The position numbers were made by a program, and so were the translations under genes. Source: Spirochaetia bacterium (GTDB lineage Bacteria; Spirochaetota; Spirochaetia; SP-2023). From it: 64,000 nt of DNA. Shown in pieces: positions 33,012 through 43,900 of the stretch. The stretch spans positions 512,001 through 576,000 of the forward strand of contig OZ253665.1 in NCBI GenBank assembly GCA_965263295.1. Direction: 5' to 3'. How positions within the stretch are numbered: the stretch's first letter is position 1; the number at the start of each line of letters is the position of its first letter. The notes beneath the pieces are model-generated. The model was not told where the DNA came from and did no database searches. It saw nothing but the letters and a program-made list of their open reading frames with translations.

Positions 33012-35267
33012 ATGAACAAGACGGGGCGTTACTACGCCCATTCACGGGAAACCGCGGACTACACCACCTGGCAGTTGCTCGATGACCACCTGCAACGGGT
33101 GGGGGAAATGGCCGGCGCGTTCGGCGAAGTGTTCGGCTGTCGGGAACTTGCGAGCGTGCTCGGACGCTTACACGATCTGGGTAAATATTCGGCGGACTTT
33201 GATGATCGATTGCACGGCGGCAAGCGGGTGGATCACGCGACCGCCGGCGCCAAGGTCGCCACGGAAAAATGGGGGCAGGATCCGCATCAGCAGATACTGG
33301 CGAAAATGCTCGCTTTCGCGATCGCCGGCCATCACGCGGGACTTGCCAATGGTATCGACGACGGGGAAAATCGCACGACCCTGAAAGACCGCCTTGCTCT
33401 ACAATTTGAACGAGACATTCCGCGACTGGACGAGGTCTGGCGGCAGGAAATTGCCTTGCCGGACGCTCTGCCTTTTCCGGTGATGAAAAATCAGCAGGAC
33501 GCGCCAGGGTTTTCCGCCGCTTTTCTGATCAGAATGCTCTATTCCTGTCTCGTCGACGCCGATTATCTGGATACCCGGCATTTCTACCAAACGCGGGAAA
33601 GCGCCCCTCCTTCCCCTTCCCTGGAAACTTTGCAGCAAGCCTTTGACGACTACCTGCAACGACTGGGCGAAAAAGCCGCCGAAAACGCGGCACGACCCAT
33701 CGATCGCCTGCGCAATCGCATTCAGAACGAAGTAAAAAGCAAAAGCGATCGGGAGCCAGGCCTTTTTTCCCTTACCGTGCCAACAGGCGGCGGCAAAACG
33801 CTCACCTCCATGGCGTTCGCTCTGCGCCATGCGCGCCGTCACGGCATGCGCCGGATCATTTACGTGATTCCTTACACCAGCATCATCGAACAGAACGCGC
33901 AAGTGTTTCGCGAGGCGTTCGGCGCGCTCGGCGCCGACGCCGTGCTCGAGCATCACAGTGCCTTCGATGACCGCAAACTGCCAGACGAAGTCACGCGGGA
34001 CAAACTGCGCCACGCGGCGGAAAACTGGGACATGCCCGTCGTCGTCACCACCGCCGTGCAGTTTTTCGAGTCTTTGTTCGCCGATCGTTCGTCCAGATGC
34101 CGCAAGCTGCACAACATCGCCGCCAGTGTGGTCATTTTCGATGAAGCGCAGATGATCCCGCTTCCCCTTTTGCGCCCGATTATTGCCGCAATCAACGAAC
34201 TGGCCCTGAATTACCGCTGCTCGATTGTATTGTGCACGGCGACACAGCCGGCGATCAAAGAAACGGACGGCTTTTATCACGGCCTGAAAAATGTCCGCGA
34301 ACTCACGGATGCACCCAATCGCTTATTCGAACAGTTGCGAAGAACGACGGTTTGCGCTGTCGGCAAAAAAACCGACGCGGATCTGCACGCGCTGCTTGCC
34401 GAACACGAACAGATGCTTGTGATCCTCAACAACCGGCGCCACGTCCGAGCCTTGTATGACGACGCAAAGTCCCTGGATGGCGTCTATCCTCTTAGCACCC
34501 TGATGTGTGCCGCGCATCGGCGCAAGGTTCTCGATGAAGTCAAAACCCGCCTCGAACAGGGCAACCCCTGCCGCCTGATCGCGACGTCTTTGGTCGAATG
34601 CGGCGTGGATGTCTCTTTCCCTTTTCTGATGCGCGAGGAAACGGGACTGGATTCCATCGCGCAGGCCGCCGGTCGCTGCAACCGCGAAGGAGAATACGAG
34701 GCGGCACAGAGCGAGGTATGGGTATTCAGTTCGGGAGGCTGGCGAGCGCCACCGGCGCTCGACGCCCTGGCGGCAACGACACGGATGGTGATGCGCCATC
34801 ATGCGGAAATTCTTTCCCCGGAAGCGATGAGCGCTTATTTTCAGCGGGTTCAGCAACAGATGGGCGAAGAATTGGACAAGCATCAAATCTTGCAGAGCCA
34901 CCGGCGGGCGAAGACAACGCTCGACTTTCCGTTCCAGAATATCGCGCGCGACTTCCGCATGATCGACGACAGCTATATGGTCGCGTTGCTCATTCCCTAT
35001 GACGGCGATGCGGAAAGCCTTATCGAGAGGCTTCGTTTTGCCGAGACGATCGACGCGCGGCGGATGCGCGCGTTACAATCCTACCTGGTACAGCTCCCCC
35101 AATCCGCCCTTGACGCGCTCGATCTTGCCGGCAGAGTGGAGTTCATACAAAGAGAACGTTTCGGCGAGCAATTCCCCGTGCTGATCGGCCTCGATCTGTA
35201 TGACGTCGGTGCCGGGCTTTCCTGGGAGGACCCGAATTTTCTGGCAAACGAGAGTTTGCTTTGCTGA
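33012..35267 (+). CDS. cas3: CRISPR-associated helicase/nuclease Cas3 (type I-C)
   Basis: HD domain (YAHS, LHDLGK, DADYLD), Walker A VPTGGGKT, DEAQ, TAT, QAAGRCNREG; RBS GAAGGAG before ATG at 33012. Confidence 0.97.
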   Translation: MNKTGRYYAHSRETADYTTWQLLDDHLQRVGEMAGAFGEVFGCRELASVLGRLHDLGKYSADFDDRLHGGKRVDHATAGAKVATEKWGQDPHQQILAKMLAFAIAGHHAGLANGIDDGENRTTLKDRLALQFERDIPRLDEVWRQEIALPDALPFPVMKNQQDAPGFSAAFLIRMLYSCLVDADYLDTRHFYQTRESAPPSPSLETLQQAFDDYLQRLGEKAAENAARPIDRLRNRIQNEVKSKSDREPGLFSLTVPTGGGKTLTSMAFALRHARRHGMRRIIYVIPYTSIIEQNAQVFREAFGALGADAVLEHHSAFDDRKLPDEVTRDKLRHAAENWDMPVVVTTAVQFFESLFADRSSRCRKLHNIAASVVIFDEAQMIPLPLLRPIIAAINELALNYRCSIVLCTATQPAIKETDGFYHGLKNVRELTDAPNRLFEQLRRTTVCAVGKKTDADLHALLAEHEQMLVILNNRRHVRALYDDAKSLDGVYPLSTLMCAAHRRKVLDEVKTRLEQGNPCRLIATSLVECGVDVSFPFLMREETGLDSIAQAAGRCNREGEYEAAQSEVWVFSSGGWRAPPALDALAATTRMVMRHHAEILSPEAMSAYFQRVQQQMGEELDKHQILQSHRRAKTTLDFPFQNIARDFRMIDDSYMVALLIPYDGDAESLIERLRFAETIDARRMRALQSYLVQLPQSALDALDLAGRVEFIQRERFGEQFPVLIGLDLYDVGAGLSWEDPNFLANESLLC

Positions 35268-35301
35268 GACAAAAAATATTGAATACTTGCCGTTTTGTTA
35301 A

Positions 35302-35331
35302 TTGACAGTAATGCAGACTATGTGATATAAT
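35302..35331 (+). promoter_or_regulatory. Consensus sigma70 promoter upstream of cas5
   Basis: TTGACA-18 nt-TATAAT with extended -10 (TGaTATAAT) in the cas3-cas5 intergenic region. Confidence 0.8.
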
Positions 35332-35392
35332 ATATGTTGTATCTGCTTGTTCCATTCTAAATGGCATCTTGCTTGATGCAAAGGAGAAAACA

Positions 35393-36076
35393 ATGTCTTA
35401 TGGCATTGCATTGCATGTCTGGGGAGATTCCGCCTGCTTTACCCGTCCGGAGATGAAGGTCGAACGGGTGAGCTACGATGTGATGACGCCTTCCGCGGCG
35501 CGCGGAATCGTCTCGGCGATCTATTGGAAGACGGAAATTGCCTGGTCGATTGATCGCATCCATGTTCTGAAGCCGATTCGTTTCGCCTCAATTCGCCGTA
35601 ACGAACTCGGTGGAAAGATTCCACAAAGCAAGGCAAGCGGCGCGATGCGCCGCAAATCAACTGAGGGCCTGCATATTCTTATTGAAGAAGATCGCCAGCA
35701 GCGCGCCGCGACCGTGCTGCGCGAAGTTGCCTATGTCATTGAGGCGCATTTTACCCTGACCGGCGCGCAAACGCCGGAAAATACCCCGGCCAAACACATC
35801 AGCATGTTCAATCGACGCGCGCAAAAAGGGCAGTGCTTCCAGCAGCCCTGTCTAGGTACGCGGGAATTTCCCGCCCATTTCGCCTGGCTTGATCCCGACA
35901 GAACGGAAAGTTTTCCCGCCACCGAACTGAGGGGAGACGAGGCAGATAAGGATCTCGGCTGGATGCTCCACGACATTGATTTCGCCCACGAGCACACGCC
36001 GTGTTTTTTCAGAGCGCAAATGAAGGGGGGCATCATCGCGGTGCCGCCGTTTCACGGCGCGGCGGTGAAATCGTGA
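35393..36076 (+). CDS. cas5: Type I-C Cas5 (Cas5d)
   Basis: ACFTRPEMKVERVSYDVMTPSAARG, PCLGTREF; RBS AAGGAG. Confidence 0.97.
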   Translation: MSYGIALHVWGDSACFTRPEMKVERVSYDVMTPSAARGIVSAIYWKTEIAWSIDRIHVLKPIRFASIRRNELGGKIPQSKASGAMRRKSTEGLHILIEEDRQQRAATVLREVAYVIEAHFTLTGAQTPENTPAKHISMFNRRAQKGQCFQQPCLGTREFPAHFAWLDPDRTESFPATELRGDEADKDLGWMLHDIDFAHEHTPCFFRAQMKGGIIAVPPFHGAAVKS

Positions 36077-37902
36077 TCTTGCAGGCGCTGAACAGTTATT
36101 ACGAACGCCTCGCAGAAGAGCGCGATGGAAGCGGCAACCCCAAAGTGCCGTCATACGGTTTCAGCAAAGAGCAGATCGCTTATATCCTGATTCTTTCTTC
36201 GGAGGGAGAAGCGCTCGATGCGATCGCCCACATGACCCGGGACAAAAAACCGCGCCCCAAACTCATGACCGTCCCAAAACCGGAAAAACGCGCGGGTAAG
36301 CCGTCAGACAAAAATATGAAACCCTCTTTCTTGTGGGATAAAACTTCCTACGCATTGGGCATCGAGTTGGAAAAAGACAAAGCGGCAGTGCGCTCCTGGA
36401 CGGCGACGGAAAAAACCTTCACCGCATTCCGTGATTACCATCTGCGCGTACTCGAAGGAACAGAAGACGCCGGACTGCGGGCCTTAAAGCTTTTCCTGCA
36501 ACGCTGGCAGCCGCAGGACTTTGCCGAATCGCGCCTGCCGGAGGCGATCGCCGGTCAAAATCTCGTCTTCCAACTTGATGGCGATCAGTGCTACCTGCAT
36601 CAGCGGCCGGCGGCCAAGATGCTTTGGCAAAAGCTTTTGCACAGCGATCGGGAAAAGAGAGTTCCGTGTCTCGTCAGTGGAGAAATGGCGCTTCCGGCTC
36701 GTCTGCACCCCGCAATCAAAGGCGTCTGGAACGTTCAATCTTCTGGTGGATCCATCGTCTCTTTCAATCAGGAGTCCTTTGGATCCTATGGAAAAGTGCA
36801 GGGAGACAACGCGCCGGTATCGCAAAAAGCTGCTTTTGCCTACACCACGGCGCTGAACTATCTGCTCAATCGTGCACATCGACAATGTGTGCAAATCGGC
36901 GACGCGAGCACGGTGTTTTGGGCGGTTTCCGATCAAGCAGGGCAGGCCGAGGCGGCGGAAATGTTGTGTGCAACGTTCATCAGCCCGCCCGATGACGCGA
37001 CGGAAAACCATAAATTGTCCGCCCTTCTCACCGACATCGCGAAAGGACGGGCGCTCGCGGAAATCCGCCCCAACCTGGATTCGAGCACCCGTTTTTATGT
37101 GCTCGGATTGGCGCCGAACGCCGCGCGAATTTCCATCCGTTTCTGGCTGCAAAGTACGCTCGGCGAACTGGCAACGCGTTTCGCCGAACATTACGACGAT
37201 TTATCGATTACCCCTTCGCCGTGGCGCAAGGTGCCGGCTATACAGGACTTACTGGAGGCTACAGCGGTTCAGAGCAAGAAAAAAAATATTTCTCCGCTGC
37301 TCGCCGGAGAATTGATGCGCGCGATCCTCGCCGGCACGCCGTACCCGATGAGCCTGCTTGCCCAGTTGCTGCTGAGAGTGCGTACATACGCATATAAGAA
37401 TAAGAAAAATAAAAAAAATAAAAAAGAGAGAGATTTGAATGGCTATCGCATTGCGATGATCAAGGCGATTCTCGCCAGGCGTTACCGCAAGAATTTAATA
37501 CAGGAGGAAGTGCCGATGGCATTGGATAAGGACAATCGGAATGGGGCTTATTTATTGGGTCGGCTGTTTGCCGTGCTCGAACGAATTCAGGGGCAGGCAT
37601 TGGGCGAGCTCAATGCCGGCATCAGCGAGCGTTATTACGGTTCGGCGTCTATGGCGCCGTTTTCCGTTTTCCCCCGCTTGCTGCGCGGTGCGCGGCATCA
37701 CTTGGGTAAACTGCGTAAGGACAGACCAGGAAGCGCAGTCTATCTTGATAAAGCGCTCGGAGAGGTGATCGGGCATCTGCCTGAAAGTTCTTTGCCCCGC
37801 CATCTCAGTATCGACGATCAGGGGCGCTTTGCGATCGGCTATTACCAGCAGAAACAACGTTATTTTGAAAAAAAGTCTGAAACAAGAGAGGAATCGGCAT
37901 GA
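36073..37902 (+). CDS. cas8c: Type I-C Cas8c (Csd1)
   Basis: Starts (V)ILQALNSYYERL, FLWDK, SIVSFN..SYGK.QGDNAP, LAPNAARISIRFW; GTGA overlap with cas5. Confidence 0.96.
   Translation: MILQALNSYYERLAEERDGSGNPKVPSYGFSKEQIAYILILSSEGEALDAIAHMTRDKKPRPKLMTVPKPEKRAGKPSDKNMKPSFLWDKTSYALGIELEKDKAAVRSWTATEKTFTAFRDYHLRVLEGTEDAGLRALKLFLQRWQPQDFAESRLPEAIAGQNLVFQLDGDQCYLHQRPAAKMLWQKLLHSDREKRVPCLVSGEMALPARLHPAIKGVWNVQSSGGSIVSFNQESFGSYGKVQGDNAPVSQKAAFAYTTALNYLLNRAHRQCVQIGDASTVFWAVSDQAGQAEAAEMLCATFISPPDDATENHKLSALLTDIAKGRALAEIRPNLDSSTRFYVLGLAPNAARISIRFWLQSTLGELATRFAEHYDDLSITPSPWRKVPAIQDLLEATAVQSKKKNISPLLAGELMRAILAGTPYPMSLLAQLLLRVRTYAYKNKKNKKNKKERDLNGYRIAMIKAILARRYRKNLIQEEVPMALDKDNRNGAYLLGRLFAVLERIQGQALGELNAGISERYYGSASMAPFSVFPRLLRGARHHLGKLRKDRPGSAVYLDKALGEVIGHLPESSLPRHLSIDDQGRFAIGYYQQKQRYFEKKSETREESA
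37516..37902 (+). CDS. cas11: Cas11c small subunit, internally translated in frame within cas8c
   Basis: Strong RBS AGGAGG (37502-37507) 8 nt before an in-frame ATG (MALDKDNRNGAYLLGRLFAVLE); internal Cas11 translation is established for type I-C. Confidence 0.8.
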   Translation: MALDKDNRNGAYLLGRLFAVLERIQGQALGELNAGISERYYGSASMAPFSVFPRLLRGARHHLGKLRKDRPGSAVYLDKALGEVIGHLPESSLPRHLSIDDQGRFAIGYYQQKQRYFEKKSETREESA

Positions 37903-38780
37903 GTCTCGAAAATCGTTATGAATTTGTCTATCTGTTCGATGTCAAAAACGGCAACCCGAACGGCGATCCGGATGCCGGTAATATGCCGCGTCTCGACCCG
38001 GAATCCAGCAAGGGGCTTGTAAGCGATGTTTGTTTGAAGCGCAAGATCCGCAATTTCATCGAATTGACCGAAGAAAATAACCCCGGCTATGAAATTTACG
38101 TGAAAGAAAAGGCCGTGCTCAATTTACAGAACAAGCGCGCCTATGAGGCGCTCAAGATCACGCCGGAAAAGAAACATTTACCAAAGGATGAGCAACAGGC
38201 CCATGAGATCACCGCCTGGATGTGTAAGAACTTTTTCGATGTGCGTAGCTTCGGTGCGGTGATGAGTACAAAAGTGAACTGTGGGCAGGTACGCGGGCCG
38301 GTTCAATTCGCCTTTGCCCAGTCTCTCGATCCGATTGTGCCGCTTGAAATTTCGATCACCCGCATGGCAGTGACTGATCAAGGTGACAATGATCAGGATG
38401 AAGAAGAACGCAAAGACCGTACCATGGGACGCAAACATATCGTCCCCTACGCCTTGTATCGCGGACACGGCTATATTTCCGCGAAACTCGCGGAAAAAAC
38501 CGGGTTTTCCGCAGAGGATCTGGAAAAGTTCTGGCAGGCGCTCGAGCATATGTTTGAACACGATCATTCTGCCGCCAGAGGCGAAATGTCGGCACGCAAA
38601 CTGATTGTTTTCAAGCATCGCGATGCCCTCGGCAATCTGCCGGCGCACAGGCTCTTCGCGGCGGTGAACGTCGAACGGATCAGCGGTGAAGACAACACCC
38701 CGGCGACGGATTTCTCCGACTACCGTATCGGCATCGATAAAGACGGACTCGACGGCGTCGAGGTGTACGAACGATTTTGA
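37899..38780 (+). CDS. cas7: Type I-C Cas7 (Csd2)
   Basis: NGNPNGDPDAGNMPR, DVCLKRKIRN, FFDVRSFGAVM, TMGRK. Confidence 0.97.
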   Translation: MSLENRYEFVYLFDVKNGNPNGDPDAGNMPRLDPESSKGLVSDVCLKRKIRNFIELTEENNPGYEIYVKEKAVLNLQNKRAYEALKITPEKKHLPKDEQQAHEITAWMCKNFFDVRSFGAVMSTKVNCGQVRGPVQFAFAQSLDPIVPLEISITRMAVTDQGDNDQDEEERKDRTMGRKHIVPYALYRGHGYISAKLAEKTGFSAEDLEKFWQALEHMFEHDHSAARGEMSARKLIVFKHRDALGNLPAHRLFAAVNVERISGEDNTPATDFSDYRIGIDKDGLDGVEVYERF

Positions 38781-39400
38781 TGCGGATCCCGCTTTCCGCT
38801 CTCCAACATTATGCTTTCTGCCCGCGTCAGTGCGCGCTGATCCATAACGAACAGATATGGGCGGAAAATGTTCTGACCGCCCGCGGCCGGGCGCTGCATG
38901 AAAGGGTGGACAGCGGCGAAGCGGAAACCCGCAAGGGGATTCGTTACGCCCGCGCGGTGCACGTCGCTTCGGAGAAATTGGGACTTTCCGGCATCGTCGA
39001 TCTCCTTGAAGTACATGGAAAAAGCGGGCAAATGAAACCGGTCGAATATAAAAACGGACGCAGCAAAGCAACGAATGTCGATCGGATTCAACTCTGCGCG
39101 CAGGCCTTGTGTCTCGAAGAAATGCACGGCGAACCGGTGGCGGAAGGCGCTTTGTGGTATGGATGCACGCGCCACCGCGAGGCTGTTATTCTGGATGAGC
39201 CTTTGCGCGCAGAGACTCTGAAAGTGATCGAGCGGACGCGCGCCTTGCTCACAAGCGGGAAAACGCCGCCGCCGATACTCGCCAAGCACTGCAAATCGTG
39301 CTCTTTGGTCGATAACTGTCAGCCGGCACTTTTCGCGAAAGACCGTTCGCCCGCCTACGTGCAAGCCTTGTTCGCCGACACAGTCGCTGAAAGGAACTGA
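38780..39400 (+). CDS. cas4: Cas4 RecB-like nuclease
   Basis: LQHYAFCPRQ, PVEYK, QLCAQ, C-terminal CxxC...C Fe-S ligands. Confidence 0.96.
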   Translation: MRIPLSALQHYAFCPRQCALIHNEQIWAENVLTARGRALHERVDSGEAETRKGIRYARAVHVASEKLGLSGIVDLLEVHGKSGQMKPVEYKNGRSKATNVDRIQLCAQALCLEEMHGEPVAEGALWYGCTRHREAVILDEPLRAETLKVIERTRALLTSGKTPPPILAKHCKSCSLVDNCQPALFAKDRSPAYVQALFADTVAERN

Positions 39401-39476
39401 CACTTGCCGCGATCGCGTTACGTTGGAAGAATAATGCTCCTGAAAACGGCCGCTTTGCACAAATGCATGGAAAAAA

Positions 39477-40490
39477 ATGCGTAAACTGCAAAATACCTTG
39501 TTCATCACCCGCCAAGGCGCTTATCTGCACAAGGCCCGTGAAACGCTGGTGATCGACTGCGCCGGCGAAAAGCTGATGCAATTGCCGGTGCACGCGGTCG
39601 CCCATATTTTCTGTTTCGGCAATGTGCTGGTTTCGCCGTTTTTACTTGGCTTTTGCGGCGAGAATCGGGTATCGCTGGCGTTTTTTAGCGAATACGGCAA
39701 ATATCTCGGCCGCCTGCAAGGATGCAAGAGCGGTAACGTGCTGCTGAGAAGAGCGCAGTATCGCCTCTCTCAGGAAGCGCCGCTGCCGATCGCGCGCAAT
39801 CTCATTGCCGCGAAAATTCAGGCGTGCAAGCAGGTTTTGCAAAGACGCCTGCGTCATTATGGCGAACAAACAGAGGTGCGGCAGGCAGTGATCGCCTTGA
39901 ACAGCAGCCTGCAAAGGCTTGGAACGGCATTGAGCGTGGATTCCGTTCGTGGTATCGAAGGTGATGCCGCTGCCGTTTACTTCGGCGTATTTACACATTT
40001 GATTCGTGTTTCAAATGGACTAATCTTTGACGGGCGCAATCGTCGTCCGCCGCGAGATCCGGTCAATGCTGCGCTGTCGTTTTTCTACAGCGTCTTGGGG
40101 CATGAAATTGGCGGGGCACTGGAAAGTGTGGGACTCGATCCGCAGGTTGGCTTTCTTCATGCCGATCGTCCGGGCCGCGACAGCCTTGCTCAGGATCTGC
40201 TGGAAGAATTCCGTGCTTGGTGGGTCGATCGGCTGGTACTGAGATTGATCAACCGCGGGCAGATAAAAGAAAACGATTTTTTGGTTGAAGCGAGCGGCGC
40301 GGTTACAATGAAAGATGAAACGAGAAAAACCTTGTTGGCCGCCTATCAGATACGCAAACAGGAAAAGATTCGTCATCCCTATCTCGGCGAAGAAGTCGAA
40401 GTCGGTCTCCTTCCGATCGTTCAGGCAATGTTACTCGCCCGGCATTTACGCGGCGATCTGGCTGAATATCCTCCGTTTTTGATGAGATGA
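39477..40490 (+). CDS. cas1: Type I-C Cas1
   Basis: MRKLQNTL, GNVLLRRAQY, RGIEG, RRPPRDPVNA, LAQDLLEEFR. Confidence 0.98.
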   Translation: MRKLQNTLFITRQGAYLHKARETLVIDCAGEKLMQLPVHAVAHIFCFGNVLVSPFLLGFCGENRVSLAFFSEYGKYLGRLQGCKSGNVLLRRAQYRLSQEAPLPIARNLIAAKIQACKQVLQRRLRHYGEQTEVRQAVIALNSSLQRLGTALSVDSVRGIEGDAAAVYFGVFTHLIRVSNGLIFDGRNRRPPRDPVNAALSFFYSVLGHEIGGALESVGLDPQVGFLHADRPGRDSLAQDLLEEFRAWWVDRLVLRLINRGQIKENDFLVEASGAVTMKDETRKTLLAAYQIRKQEKIRHPYLGEEVEVGLLPIVQAMLLARHLRGDLAEYPPFLMR

Positions 40491-40496
40491 TAAGCT

Positions 40497-40790
40497 ATGA
40501 TGGTGTTGATCGCTTATGATGTTTCTTTCGAGGATCGCCAGGGAGCAAAACGCTTGCGCCGTATCGCTAAACACTGCCAGGATTACGGACAGCGCGTGCA
40601 ATACTCGCTTTTTGAATGTGAAATCTCGCCCGCCCAGTGGACAAAGTTGAAAAATAAATTGTTGAGAGAATACCAACCGGAAATCGACAGTCTGCGTTTT
40701 TACCTGTTGGGAAAAAACTGGCAGAGAAAAATCGAGCATTGGGGGGCCAAGCCTTCTTTGGATTTGTTTCGCGATCCACTCGTCCTATGA
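40497..40790 (+). CDS. cas2: Cas2
   Basis: VLIAYDV, GQRVQYSLFEC, DSLRFY. Confidence 0.97.
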   Translation: MMVLIAYDVSFEDRQGAKRLRRIAKHCQDYGQRVQYSLFECEISPAQWTKLKNKLLREYQPEIDSLRFYLLGKNWQRKIEHWGAKPSLDLFRDPLVL

Positions 40791-40970
40791 TGCGCCAACT
40801 GTTGGTTCTCATAAAAATTTCAGTCGATTGGCGAAAAGAATTTATTCCTTGACAACAAAGCATTAATATTATCTTGAACAATTGGGTATAATAGGGGATT
40901 AGTGTCCATGATAGGAGGTCCGCGAAAATGCCGTGTCATTGCCCATGAATAAGTGCTGAAGAACTCAGCG
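40791..40970 (+). promoter_or_regulatory. CRISPR leader
   Basis: AT-rich 180-bp non-coding segment between cas2 and the first repeat, with a CGCCAA...TTGGCG inverted motif. Confidence 0.75.
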
Positions 40971-43900
40971 GTCGCGCCCTTTACGGGCGCGTGAATTGAA
41001 ACTTGTCTTTTAATAAATCGTCATCGTCTTCATCATGTCGCGCCCTTTACGGGCGCGTGAATTGAAACTTCGCAGCGCTCCCGCCAGTATTGTTGCGTGT
41101 AGGTCGCGCCCTTTACGGGCGCGTGAATTGAAACAGGGGCTTGGGAATCCGCCGAGCCATTGCCTGAGTCGCGCCCTTTACGGGCGCGTGAATTGAAACA
41201 ATGATGTTCCGTATTTCGAAGATAAGGTTTTCGTCGCGCCCTTTACGGGCGCGTGAATTGAAACATCGACAAGAGCAATCATATGAGGGCCTCGGTGGGT
41301 CGCGCCCTTTACGGGCGCGTGAATTGAAACGCTCTAAGATGCCATGCATATCCAGGGCCGCCAGGTCGCGCCCTTTACGGGCGCGTGAATTGAAACCCCG
41401 GCAAAGCGAATAGGAGAACTGTCATGACGGGTCGCGCCCTTTACGGGCGCGTGAATTGAAACGCCGGAGATATCAAGGACTCACTGCAAAGTATTGGTCG
41501 CGCCCTTTACGGGCGCGTGAATTGAAACGCCGGAGATATCAAGGACTCACTGCAAAGTATTGGTCGCGCCCTTTACGGGCGCGTGAATTGAAACCGTCTC
41601 CGCCGTTCAGGGGCCGATTGATGGCGCCGTCGCGCCCTTTACGGGCGCGTGAATTGAAACTCACGATTGATTACTAAAATATCATGCTTAGATTGTCGCG
41701 CCCTTTACGGGCGCGTGAATTGAAACGGTATAGTCGGCCTTGGTCCCTAGAGTTATACTTGTCGCGCCCTTTACGGGCGCGTGAATTGAAACATTTGCCG
41801 TCGCATGTCTGGCACGGCAGCGTCATGTCGCGCCCTTTACGGGCGCGTGAATTGAAACGTAGGCTTTGTGCGTATATATATAAGGGGGATGTCGCGCCCT
41901 TTACGGGCGCGTGAATTGAAACCATGCGATTAAAGGCCGCAATGTATTGCTCTTTCGTCGCGCCCTTTACGGGCGCGTGAATTGAAACCACCTCTGAATA
42001 ATCGGGCAGCTGCAGTGCGCTCGTCGCGCCCTTTACGGGCGCGTGAATTGAAACGTAACTACAGTCTGGGTCAAGCCAGAAACTTATGGTCGCGCCCTTT
42101 ACGGGCGCGTGAATTGAAACAATAACCGATACAACATTTTCGCAAAAAGCTTCTTGTCGCGCCCTTTACGGGCGCGTGAATTGAAACACTAATATACATA
42201 ACTTCTGGCAAACTTATATAGGTCGCGCCCTTTACGGGCGCGTGAATTGAAACAAATCTACTGAATCACGCCGCAGCTTTGGCGGATGTCGCGCCCTTTA
42301 CGGGCGCGTGAATTGAAACTGCTGGAAATACCTTACCATGAACAAAAGTTTGTCGTCGCGCCCTTTACGGGCGCGTGAATTGAAACTGCGTAACTTATTG
42401 ACATTTTTACCCCCTTTCAGGTCGCGCCCTTTACGGGCGCGTGAATTGAAACAACCTTGAGGACTTTGGTAAATTAAATGGATATAGTCGCGCCCTTTAC
42501 GGGCGCGTGAATTGAAACCATTTTGTGAGTTTCGCCCGTCTCAAAATCAAAAGTCGCGCCCTTTACGGGCGCGTGAATTGAAACAATAACCGATACAACA
42601 TTTTCGCAAAAAGCTTCTTGTCGCGCCCTTTACGGGCGCGTGAATTGAAACAAAACCACTTTTAAAAGCGTTTTTAAAGACATCGGTCGCGCCCTTTACG
42701 GGCGCGTGAATTGAAACGTACTGGTAGGCCGTGCCGATATCCGTTGCGATGTCGCGCCCTTTACGGGCGCGTGAATTGAAACTTGAGTTCGCCTAGCGAT
42801 ATCGTGATCGCATTCTCGTCGCGCCCTTTACGGGCGCGTGAATTGAAACCACGCATAGAGTGTAATCTTGGATAGCAGTACGGTCGCGCCCTTTACGGGC
42901 GCGTGAATTGAAACAATCTCTTGGCAATTGCTGGCCCGACAAGATAACGTCGCGCCCTTTACGGGCGCGTGAATTGAAACTGCCGCAAGCTGGAGCCTGC
43001 GGAGGAAAGCGGCGTCGCGCCCTTTACGGGCGCGTGAATTGAAACATTCCGGCCATCGCAAGGAATTCCTGCGCCTTGGGTCGCGCCCTTTACGGGCGCG
43101 TGAATTGAAACGCCATATTGGCCGTCTTGGCCATCACATCGGCCACGTCGCGCCCTTTACGGGCGCGTGAATTGAAACATTCCGGCCATCGCAAGGAATT
43201 CCTGCGCCTTGGGTCGCGCCCTTTACGGGCGCGTGAATTGAAACGCCATATTGGCCGTCTTGGCCATCACATCGGCCACGTCGCGCCCTTTACGGGCGCG
43301 TGAATTGAAACCCACTCGGCTTGAAGGTGCTCTCACCTTCTGCCAGTCGCGCCCTTTACGGGCGCGTGAATTGAAACAGCTGGCCTCGGCGGCGGCCAGC
43401 TCTGCTTGTGACGTCGCGCCCTTTACGGGCGCGTGAATTGAAACAGCTGCTCCTTGGACGTGCTCGCCAGTTGATACGTCGCGCCCTTTACGGGCGCGTG
43501 AATTGAAACTGCCGCTCGGCACTGTAGCGGCTCTCCAGCTCGAGTCGCGCCCTTTACGGGCGCGTGAATTGAAACACGTGAACGTCCCTGAAAGCGATTT
43601 AACCGGCATGTCGCGCCCTTTACGGGCGCGTGAATTGAAACCCTGCTGACAGTCACCCAGCGTTGCGGCAATACAAGTCGCGCCCTTTACGGGCGCGTGA
43701 ATTGAAACTTGAGTAGCTGCGCAAGCTCGTTCATGCGCCAGGTCGCGCCCTTTACGGGCGCGTGAATTGAAACGCCGTTAAGCTGTACCTGCTGCTCCAG
43801 CAGTTTCGTCGCGCCCTTTACGGGCGCGTGAATTGAAACGAGCTGGAAGACCTGGATAGACAGGAAGCATAGGGTCGCGCCCTTTACGGGCGCGTGAATT

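Noticed and set aside
33399..39508. Long minus-strand ORFs (235-297 aa) opposite cas genes
   Set aside because: Antisense shadows of GC-rich coding sequence; no motifs
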